DNA of 64,000 nt from Centroscyllium fabricii (Eukaryota): contig JBNRSN020000011.1 of assembly GCA_051313645.2 (NCBI GenBank), positions 930,001 through 994,000 of the forward strand, in the 5' to 3' direction. A model generated the notes under the pieces. It worked only from the letters and a program-made list of their open reading frames with translations. It was not told the DNA's origin and searched no databases. Within the stretch, counting starts at the first letter, position 1. Each line of letters opens with the position of its first letter. The position numbers and the translations under genes were made by a program. Positions 52,968 to 62,800 of this stretch are shown here, in pieces.

Positions 52968-55172
52968 TCCAAGGAAGAGGATGCTGCTATAGACATAGTA
53001 AAGGAGGAGGTCGAGGAGATACTGGATGGGATAAGAATTGATTAAGATGAGGTACTTACAGTAGATATGTCACCAGGACCGGCTGGGATGCATCCTAGGA
53101 CGCTGAGGGAGGTGAAGGAAGAAATTGCTGAGAAACTGCAAATGTTACACTCTTGCTCAAAATAGGGTGTAAAGATAACCCAGCAACTATAGGTTTTACC
53201 TTGATAGTGAGGAAGCTTTTAGAAACAATAATCAGGGACAAAATTAGCAGTCACTTGGACAAGTGTTTATTAATTAAGGAAAGCCAGCACAAATTTGTTA
53301 AAGGCAAATCGTGCTTAACCAACTTGATCGAGTTTTTTGATGAGGTAACAGAAAGGGTTGGTGAGGGCAGTGCACTTGACGCGGTGTACATGGAATTCCA
53401 AAAGGCATTTGACAAATTGCCATATAATAGGCTTGCCAGCAGATTTGAAGCCCATGGAATAAAGGGGACAGTGGCAGCATGGCTAAGTGACAGGAAACAG
53501 AGAGTAGTGGTGAACTGTTGTTTTTCAGACCGGAGGAAGGTCCACAGTGCTGTCCCCCAGGGGTCGGTTCTAGGACCACTGCTTTTCTTGATGTATATTA
53601 ATGACTTGGACTTGGGTGTACAGGGCATCATTTCAAAATTTGCAGCTGACACAAAACTTGAAAGTATAGTGAACAGTGAGGAGGATAGTGATAGACTTCA
53701 AGAGGACATTCAATTCAATTCAATTCAAGTTTTATTGTCATTGCAGAGTACTAGTACAATACAACGAGACGAAGACTCGACTCTCCCGAGAGTAGTGTAG
53801 ACAAAAGAAATAAATTACATAAATAAATTGCATACAGTAAAGTTCATTATCAGGCGTGCAGGTACCGGAGTTTCTTTTTAGAGTTCAGGAGGCTGACAGC
53901 CCTGGGGAAGAAGCTGTTCTGAAATCTAGTCGTGCGGGTGCAAATTGCTCTGTAGCGTCTCCCGGAGGGCAGAGGGGCGAACAGACTGTGGCTGGGGTGT
54001 GTGGGGTCTTTTATAATGTTCATAGACCTCCGTAAGCAGCGTTTGAGGTAGATGCTTTCCACTGACGGTAGCTGTGTACCGGTAATTCGTTGGGCAGTTT
54101 TGACTACCCGCTGCAGGGTTTTCCGGTCCGAGATAGTGCAATTACCATACCAGACAGTGATGCAGCTTGTCAGTATGCTTTCTATTGTGCAGCGGTAGAA
54201 GTTGGAGAGGATGCCGGATGACAGCCTGGCTTTCTTCAGCTTCCTAAGGAAGTACAGGCGCTGTTGGGCCTTCTTAACCAGAGAGGAGGTGTTTAGTGAC
54301 CAGGAGAGATCTTCCGAGACATAGACAGGCTGGTGGAATGGGCGGACACGTAGCAGATCAAATTTAATGCAGAAAAGTGTGAAGTGATACATTTTGGTAG
54401 AAAGATTGCAGAAAGGACATATAAACTAAAGGGTAAAATTCTAAAGGGGGTGCATGAACTGAGAGACCTGGGGGTATATGTGCGCAAATCATTGAAGGTG
54501 GCAGGGCAGGTTGAGAAAGCAATTAAAAAAGCTTATGGGATCCTGGGCTTCATGAATAGAAGTATAGAGTACAAAAGCGTGGAAATTATGATGAACCTTT
54601 TTATAAAACACAGGTTTGGCCTCAACTGGATTATTGTGTCGAATTCTGGGTGCCGCAATAGGAAGGATGTGACGGCCTTAGAGAGGGTGCAGAAAAGATT
54701 TACGAGAATGATTCCAGGGATGAGGGACTTCCATTCTGTGGATAGACTAGAGAAGCTGGGGTTGTTCTCCTTAGAGCAGAGAAGATTGAGAGGAGATTTG
54801 ACAGAGGTGCTCAAAATCATGAGGGGTCTGGACAGAGTAGAGGGAGAGAAACTGTTCCCATTGGTGGAAGGGTCGAGAACCAGAGGACACAGATTTAAGG
54901 TGATTGGCAGAAGAACCAAAGGCGACATGAGGAAAAACTTTTTTCCGCAGTGAGTGGTTAGGATCTGAAATGCACGGCCTGAAAGGGGGGTGGAGGCAGA
55001 TTCAATCATGGCTTTCAAAAGGGAATGGGATAAGTACCTGAAAGAAAAACATTTGCAGGGCTACGGGGAAAGGGCGGGGGATTGGGACTAGCGGTGGTGC
55101 TCTTGCAGAGAGCTGGCACGGGCTCGACTGGCCGAATGACCTCCTTCTGTGCTGTAACCATTCTATGATTCT
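52968..55172 (+). mobile_element. Decayed CR1 LINE (ORF2 RT to 3' tail), split by a Rex1/Babar insertion
   Basis: KSCLTNLIEFF, FQKAFDK, VPQGSVLGPLLF and KFAADT at 53153-53709. Resumes at 54318 through QRRLRGDL to tail ACCATTCTATGATTCT. Confidence 0.93.
53710..54317 (-). mobile_element. 5'-truncated Rex1/Babar-type LINE nested in CR1, TSD GACAT
   Basis: Uninterrupted ORF end KKAQQRLYFLRKLKK...IESILTSCITVWYG...LPSGRRYR...SFFPRAVSLLN and (TTGAA)n tail. GACAT at 53705-53709 and 54318-54322. Confidence 0.9.
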
Positions 55173-55527
55173 TATCGCAATAACGTGATTTTCTTTAAAA
55201 AAAAATATTATCCAGTCTCTTCCCTCCCCCCACCCCTGTCCCAACCCCCTGACTGGACTGACCTTAATGGGGTGTATTTCCATCTTCCTGTACTTCACCC
55301 ATGTGTGTGTTGGCAAGCTCTTTGATGGGGAAGGGTTTGGGAGACTAGAAAGTTCTCAGATGAGCCCAAACACATCCTCGCCAATGTCCACACAAGCACA
55401 CTTTCCTGCAGGGGGCAATGGATAGCGGTCGGGAGTGGAACACTTCCCGCTTTGATGGAGGGGAACTGAGGCTAATTTTACTGCACCAACTGTATTGTAA
55501 GGAGTTGGGCAGTTTCCTTCCAGTTCC

Positions 55528-56005
55528 AATGTTCACCTCCATTCACAGCACCTCTGATAATGAAGCAGTGCTTGCCAGCCTGCAGTGCTTGCCAGCCTAC
55601 AGCAAAACCTGGACAACATCCAGGCTTGGACTGACGAGACACAGGTATCATTAATGCCGCACAGGTGCCAGGCAATGGCCATCCCCAGTAAGAAAAAGCC
55701 CTCGCGGACTGCAGTGGTACAAGAAGACGGCTCACCACCATCTTCTCGAGGACAATTAGGGATGGGCAATAAATACTGGCCTTGCCAGCGACGCCCACAT
55801 CCCAGGAACGAATAAAAAAACACTTCCCCTGTGGTTCAACAGCGCCATCTTGCTGAGTACTCCAATTCAACATCTTTGGGGTCACCCTGACCAGAAGCTG
55901 AACACATGAACTGGCTCCAAGAGTAGGCTAGGTCGAGTACTCTTCCATGAGTGGAACACCTCCTGACCCCTTGGAGCCTCTCCACCATCGATAAGACTCA
56001 AACCA
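55528..56005 (+). mobile_element. Old CR1/L2-group LINE RT fragment containing a nested 3' end of the same family (55705-55820)
   Basis: QQNLDNIQAW...PHRCQAMAI is interrupted by GGACTGCAG...GAATAAAAAAA, then continues with degenerate INI-GVT-DQKLN and SLSTI-K-Q motifs. Confidence 0.7.
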
Positions 56006-56077
56006 TTAGTGTGGTGGAAGCAGATTCACTAGTAACTTTCGAAAGTAAAATGATAGATACTTGAAAAGGAGAAATAA

Positions 56078-56140
56078 TGCTCCTGTGAAGTGCCTTGGGA
56101 TATTTTACTACGTTAAAGGTGCTATATTAATGCAGGTTGG
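56078..56140 (+). mobile_element. L2-type LINE/SINE 3' tail fragment
   Basis: CCTGTGAAGTGCCTTGGGATATTTTACTACGTTAAAGGTGCTATATTAATGCAGGTTG resembles the conserved L2 3' stem-loop tail. Confidence 0.6.
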
Positions 56141-56180
56141 TCTATGTCTCGGTGTTACACTAAGGTATATTTTACCGCTT

Positions 56181-57330
56181 GATGCGGGGAAGGGGGTAGG
56201 CGTCGAGCCCGGTGTAGCGGTTAACTGTCTGGCTATAGTCAATGACCATGCGCAGCTTCTCTCCCGTCTTAACCACCACGACCTGGGCCCGCCAGGGGCT
56301 GGTGCTGGCCTCAATGATCCCCTCTTGCAGCATAGGCCCGACTTCCGACCTGATAAACGCCCGGTCCCCTGCACTGTAACGCCGATTCTTAGTAGCAATG
56401 GGTTTGCATTTGGGATCAAGGTTGGCGAACAGCGAGGGGGGGTCGACTTTCAGTGTGGATAGGCCGCAAGTCGAGCTCTGCTTTAAGTGGGGATTGTTCC
56501 GGCTACTGACGGTGAGGGGGGCCAGGGTCCCACCGAAATCCATTGTCACGCTCTTCTGGTGGCACTGGAAATCCAGTCCCAGCAAGACTGGGGCACACAA
56601 CTGCTGGAGGATGTATAGCTTGAAATTGCGGGACACGCAGTCCCTGACCGTGAGCGTGACGGAGCAGTAGCCGGTGACGTCCGCCGTGTGGGACTTTGAG
56701 GCAAGGGAGATTTGGTAGTGCATGGGCTGGGTCTGTAGTGCATAGCGCCGCACTGTATCAGGGTGGATGAAGCTCTCTGTGCTACCGGTGTCAAACAGGA
56801 CGTTAGTGATGTGCCCGTCCACTTTAATCCCCATCATGGAATTTGATAGGGTGTGCGGCCTAGCCTGGTCGACAGTGGCTGAGGCTGAGGTGTGTGTGCG
56901 TAAGTGGGGGGCCTCCGCTAGCTGGGGCCCCAGCCGGGGCAGTTGGCAAGATGGCCGCTCGCAAGATGGCGGCGCTGGCAATGCGTTTGAGTCCGGCTGT
57001 TTTGGACAAGATGGCGGCGACCGTGGTTCGCACGCGGCTGACCGCGGTGGATAAGATGGCGGCGCCGGGGGGTCGCACATGGCCGGCCGCTGAGGACAAG
57101 ATGGCGGCGCCTGTGATTCGCACGCGGCTGACCGCGGTGGACAAGATGGCGGCGGCCGTGATTCGCACGCGGCGGACCGCGGTGGACAAGATGGCGGCGC
57201 CCGTGATTCGCACGCGGCGGACCGCGGTGGATGAGGTGGCGGCGCCCCTGGTTCGCACGCAGCGGACCGTGCTGGGCAAGATGGCGGCGCCGGGGGGTTG
57301 CACATGGCCGGCCGCTGTCGCCTTTGGGGG
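56181..57330 (-). mobile_element. Gypsy internal fragment (gag C-terminal repeats, protease, start of RT), same family as element B
   Basis: Open frame with LFDTGS protease, SPWRAQVVVVK and YTGLDAYPLPRI. Closely similar to 60746-61840 in reverse orientation. Confidence 0.93.
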
Positions 57331-57629
57331 GGGGGCTGCTGCTCGTTGGGGCGGGGCGGGGGCTGCTGCTCGGGGTGGGGGGGGGGCTGCTCGGAGGGGT
57401 GGCTCCATCACCTGTGTCCCGACATTTGCTCTGTCCGCCTTTGGCTTTTTTTGTCCAACGTTAGTCACTGTTTTCGCACATTTCCCATTGTTTCACTTTC
57501 CCAGTTCTTCCCGTTCCCCAGATTTAGTGCTCCGAGCCTCTGCTCACAAATTCTTCACACATTTACTTGAAATCACTTTTTAACGTCTTGCCTCCGTGTC
57601 TACTATTCTGGCTCTTCAGTTTTCATTCC

Positions 57630-57699
57630 TTCTGTGCGGCCCGGTAAAAATGATCCACGGCCCGGTACCGGTCCGCGGCCCGGTGGTTGGGGACCCCTG
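57630..57699 (-). mobile_element. hAT-Charlie (MER1-like) DNA transposon terminus; body may extend left to ~57330
   Basis: Minus strand starts CAGGGGTCCCCAACCACCGGGCCGCGGACCGGTACCGGGCCGTGG. Adjacent 8-mer TTCTACAC is close to the Charlie NTCTAGAN target preference. Confidence 0.75.
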
Positions 57700-57781
57700 T
57701 TCTACACCGTCCCATCAAACACTCCCAGGGCAGGTACAGCACGGGTTAGATACAGATAAAGCTTCCTCTACATTGCCCCAC
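57700..57781. repeat. Fragment of a common elasmobranch interspersed/tandem repeat
   Basis: TCTACACCGTCCCATCAAACACTCCCAGGGCAGGTACAGCACGGGTTAGATACAGATAAAGCTTCCTCTACA, recognised from memory of shark repeats. The TCTACA motif recurs at both ends. Confidence 0.5.
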
Positions 57782-58214
57782 TGAGTGGGCTGGCTGCAGG
57801 CCGCTGCTGTGTGGGTTTGGGTGGAGTGGCTGAGGAACCTGTATTCACAGCTGCTGTGCTGAGAGAATCTGTGTTTCAAACGAATCTTTGAACAACATGC
57901 TGTATGGTGGAGCTGGCTCAGAGTGCTGGCCTCAATGAGAGGTAGATTTCCAGACTAGTGTACGACCTAGTACCGAGGACATGCACTGTAGCGAGTACTC
58001 CCAATACGAAAGAGGACCAGTCCTTTGCCAGAATAAGCCTAATCCTACTACATACAGCATGGAGGAGGCAAGTCTCCCGACCTGGAGTCACAGGAACTTC
58101 TGCCCATAATGAGCTTTTACGTAGTAAGGTGCATACTTTTCCTTGGAGAGCCGTATTGCAGCAAAAAGTAGCAGTATTAGGTGAGCCTTGTTTACCAATG
58201 AACAATCTTGTCCA

Positions 58215-58275
58215 TTGTAAGAAGTCACACAACAAACACCAGGTTATAGTCCAACAGTTTTATTTGAAATCACAA
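58215..58275 (-). mobile_element. Penelope-like terminus fragment
   Basis: Near-identical to 541-597 apart from a 4-bp insertion. Confidence 0.85.
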
Positions 58276-59518
58276 CCCCGTCTCCCAACCCCCACTCAGT
58301 CTGGGACCAGTCGACCAGCAGAGGCATGCTCCTGTTCTTTAGCTAATAAAAGCCTATCGTTTATTCACATAACTTCTAGTCTTTTGAGGTTATTGATAGC
58401 GCATCAATTTTATTAGCTAAATTTTTTCACCATGGAGCAAATCTTGAAACCTGCAACGCTAGAGCTGGATCCCCAATCGCCAGATGCTGCTGACACTTTT
58501 GAGCACCGGCTGAACTGCTTCGAAGCGTTCCTTCATGCCTCCAGAGCGACCGTCTGAACCGACGCCGACAAACTGCTGGTCCTCAACTCCCGGGTGGGCC
58601 CTCGAGTGTACTCGCGAATCAGAGATGCTACGTTGCACAACGAAGCGATCAGACTTTTAAAAGGCCAGTATACCAAGAAAGTCAATATGGCTACCCGCAG
58701 GCAACAACCCGGGGAGTTGAGTGACGAATACCTGCAGATGCTGAGAGTCCTCCGTCGGGCCTGTGACTGTAAAGCCGTGACGGCCATAGCGCACAAAGAG
58801 GCCCTGATCAGAGACGCCTATGTCGCCGGCATCAGGTCAGACTATGCCCGACAGAGACTGCTGGAACAGGGTGGGCTCGACCTACAAAAGACAATAGAGC
58901 TCGCTGACTCGTAAGACGTGGCCCTCCGGAACATGGACGCCTACTCCCCTGACCATGCGGCCGCCTCGTGGATGTCGCGGGCGCCGCCATCTTGGGACTC
59001 GGGAAGGCCGCAGGCCTGCGCCACACCGCCACCGTCGCGCCACACCAGCGACCCGACTACAGCTGCGATATCGGGCGGCCCGAAGTGCTACTTCTGCGGC
59101 CAGGCCAAACACCCCAGACAACGCTGTCCAGCAAAGGACGCGATCTGCTCTGGATGCAGTAAGAAGGGGCACTACACCAAGGTGTGCAGAGCCAAACCGG
59201 CCCCCAAATCGAGCAGCGCCGCGTGGGGGCCGCCATCTTGGACGCCGCCAGCCGCGTGTGGGCCGTGCAGGCCGCCATCTTGGGACCGGGCCCCCGACCT
59301 CCCCACCGCCTCAACGGGGTACGACAGCGATTCACCGCACCTAACGCTGGCCTCCATCACCCTGGACCAATCTAGACCTCACCAACTCACCAGGTCAATG
59401 ATGGCCATTAAGGTAAACGGCCGCGCGAAGAACTGCCTATTCGACAGCGGGAGCACGGAGAGCTTCATCCATCCGGACACGGTGCGGCGCTACTCCCTGT
59501 CGGTATCGCCAGCAAGCC
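58276..59518 (+). mobile_element. Gypsy LTR retrotransposon A: partial 5' LTR (58276-58406), defective gag and start of protease; interrupted by element B
   Basis: LTR has AATAAA and ends ...GCATCA. ATG at 58432 (MEQILKP...), in-frame stops at 58555 and 58912. Two CCHC knuckles (CYFCGQAKHPRQRC, CSGCSKKGHYTKVC) and CLFDSGS. Confidence 0.92.
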
Positions 59519-59799
59519 TGTGGTAACCGTATTACCGCTTGTATATAGTTGTTTGTATAGTTGCGGGTGCATGGGCGGGACCTGTACACTGTGGGGTCAC
59601 TCATGTATAGATACTGTATGTAAGGCCAGGTCAGCCACACCTCTAACTCCTCCCCTCAGGTGGGAGCTTATAGGTAAGGTCTGCCCTGCCCCCATTCATT
59701 CTCGCCTTGTGCTCGACTGGAGACTAGCTCCATTATAAAGTTAATAAAAGCCTGTAGTTAAGGTAACTACTCGTCTTTCGTATTATTGACGATACGTCA
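59519..59799 (+). repeat. 5' LTR of Gypsy element B (281 bp, TG...CA)
   Basis: Starts TGTGGT where element A protease homology stops. AATAAA at 59743-59748. Ends ...ACGTCA at the position equivalent to the end of LTR A. Confidence 0.8.
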
Positions 59800-59822
59800 A
59801 TTTTATTAACTTTATTTTTAAA

Positions 59823-62800
59823 ACGGAAAGTAACGCAGTGAAACCGGACAGACTGGATATAAATCCACAAGAACCAGACGCTGCTAACGTTTTCGAACAT
59901 TGGTTCGGTCTAGTCGAGGCCTACATGAAGGCCGCAAAGGCAACGAGCGACGGGGACAAACTGCAGGTCCTCTCGTCCCAAATCAGCAGCCGGGTGTACT
60001 CCTTCATCTGCGGCCGCACGACAGACACGGAGGTGGTGAAAAAGTTGAAGGACTGCTACTTGCGCCCGGTACACTCGGTCTATGCCAGACATGTCCTGGC
60101 GACCAGACAACAGCGACTCGGTGAGTCGAATGAACAATTCCTTTTGGCGCTTCAAGCCCCCGCACGGGCCTGCGACTGCCAGCCACGAACAGCGCAAGAG
60201 GAGACGAATCTCCTCCTACGGGACGCATACGTGGCTGGAATCAGGTCCAACCAGGCCCGCCAGCGGCTGCTGGAAAAGGACACTCTGTCGCTGGAAGAGG
60301 CAATCTCGATTTCGAATGCGGTGGACGGAGCGCGCCACAAGCTAGAGGCGTATGGTGGCCAAGGCCCACATGATACCCTCGATCCCTGGGCGCCACCACG
60401 ACAGGCCGAGAACCTCACGGTGGCAGCGGCAGCTGCGAAGACGCCGGCGGGGCGAAAGTGCTACTTCTGCGGCCAGGGACAGCACCCGCGAGCGCAGTGC
60501 CCCGCGAGGAGCGCGACCTGCGAGCGGTGCACCAAAAAGGGACACTACGCCAGAGCCTGCAAGTCGACCCGAGCGTCCAGCTCCAGACCCAGCAGCGCGG
60601 CCTGCGAGAACTCCAACGCCATCCCATGGCCTAAGGTAACATGTTGCAGCGCGACCCAGCAGCGGTCCGGGGGTAAATTGCGGGCGCTTCAGTCCCCCAT
60701 ATCTGTATGGCGGAGGCCGGCCGCGCGCGCGGCACAGGCGCTGCCACCCCAGAGGCGACAGCGGCCGGCCATGTGCGACCCCCCGGCGCTGCCATCTCGC
60801 CCAGCGCGGTCCGCTGCGTGTGAATCACGGGCGCCGTCATCTTGTCCTCAGCGGCCAGCCATGTGCGACCCCCCGGCGCCGCCATCTTGCCCACCGCGGT
60901 CCGCCGCGTGCGAATCACGCCCGCCGCCATCTTGTCCTCAGCGGCCAGCCATTTACGACCCCCCGGCGCCGCCATCTTGTCCACCGCGGTCAGCCGCGTG
61001 CGAACCACGGGCGCAGCCATCTTGTCCACAACAGCCGGACTCAAACGTGCTGCCGGCACCGCCATCTTGTGAGCGGCCATCCTGTCAACAGCCCAGGCTG
61101 GGGCCCCAGCTACCGGAGGGCCCCCACACACACACACACACACCTCGGCCTCAGCCATTGTCGACCAGGCTAGGCCGCACACCCTATCAAATTCTATGAT
61201 GGGGATTAAAGTGGACGGGCACATTACTAACTGCCTGTTCGACACCGGAAGCACAGAGAGCTTCATCCACCCCGACACAGTGCGGCGCACTGCGGACCCA
61301 GCCGACGCACTACCAAATCTCCCTTGTCTCAAAGGCCCACACGGCGGACGTCACCAGCTACTGCTCCGTCACGCTCACGGTCAGGGACTGCGTGTACCTA
61401 AATTGTATACCTTCCAACAGTTGTGTGCCCCAGCATTACTAGGTCTGGACTTCCAGTGCCACTTCAGGAGTGTGACAATGGAGTTCGGCGGGACTTTACC
61501 CCCCCTCACCCTCAGTAGCCGGGACAATCTCCTCCCAAAGCGGACCCCAGCCTGTGGCCTCTCCACCCTGAGAATCGATCCCCCCTTGCTGTTCGCCAAC
61601 CTCGATCCGAAGTGCTAACCTATCGCCACTAAGAGTCGGCGGTATAGCGAGGGGGACCGCACGTTTATCAGGTCGGAGGTCGGGCGGCTGCTAAAGGAGG
61701 GGATTATTGAGGCCAGCACCAGCCCCTGGCGGGCCCAAGTTGTAGTCGTTAAGACTGGTGAGAAACACCGGATGGTTATCGATTACAGCCAGACCATTAA
61801 CCGCTACACCGGGCTCGACGCCTACCCCCTTCCCCGCATCTCAGAAATGGTCAATCAGATCGCCCAGTACAAGGTGTTCTCCACGATCGACCTTAAATCG
61901 GCGTATCACCAGCTCCCGATCCGGGGAACCGACCGCCCCTACACCGCCTTCGAGGCGAACGGCCGGCTCTACCACTTCCTCCGGGTCCCCTTTGGCGTCA
62001 CCAACGGAGTGTCAGTGTTCTAGCGGGAGATGGACCGTATGGTTGATCACAATGACTTGCAGGCCACCTTCCCTTACCTGGACAACGTGACCATCTGCGG
62101 CCACGGCCAGCAGGACCACGATGCCAACCTGGCCAAATTTCTTGACACGGCGGCTAAGCTGGACCTTACGTATAACAAAGACAAATGTGTCTTTAATACA
62201 ACCCGGCTCGCCATCCTCGGATACGTGGTGGAGAACGGGGTCCTCGGCCCCGACCCACAGCATATGCGACCCCTGCTCGAACTGCCCCTACCTCACAACC
62301 CCAAATCCTTGAGGAGATCTCTAGGATTTTTCTCCTATTATGCACAATGGGTCCCGCAGTTCGCAGATAAGGCTAGACCACTCCTCAAGGCTGCCGTCTT
62401 CCCTCTTTCTATAGAAGCGCAAACAGCATTCGAAAAGATAAAAGGAGATATCATCAAGGCGACGATGGTCGCTATTGATGAATCCATCCCTTTCCAGGTG
62501 GAGAGTGACGCTTCGGACTTTGCCCTTGCTGCCACCCTCAATCAGGCAGGCAGGCCCGTAGCGTTCTTCTCCCGCACCCTACAAGGACCCGAAACCCGCC
62601 ACTCGGCAGTGGAAAAGGAGGCCCAGGCCATTGTGGAGGCCGTGCGCTACTGGCGTCATTACCTGGCCGGTAAGCGTTTTACCCTGCTCACCGACCAACG
62701 GTCGGTGGCGTTTATGTTCAACAATAAACTACGGGGTAAAATCAAGAATGACAAGATCATGCGGTGGCGGATCGAACTCTCCACTTATGAGTATGACATT

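Noticed and set aside
55360-55480. Possible ancient SINE fragment
   Set aside because: Only a vague resemblance to remembered shark repeats; too degenerate to assign without a search.
57850-58190. Candidate next or alternative RABGAP1L exon (AG at 58056-58057; GT donors near 58124 and 58182)
   Set aside because: No frame resembles the expected next exon (YEVVSLQRE-type peptide) and the pyrimidine tract is weak. It would need RNA-seq.
56894-61332. Antisense ORFs with DKMAA repeats
   Set aside because: They are the opposite-strand reading of the GC-rich 45-bp gag repeats.
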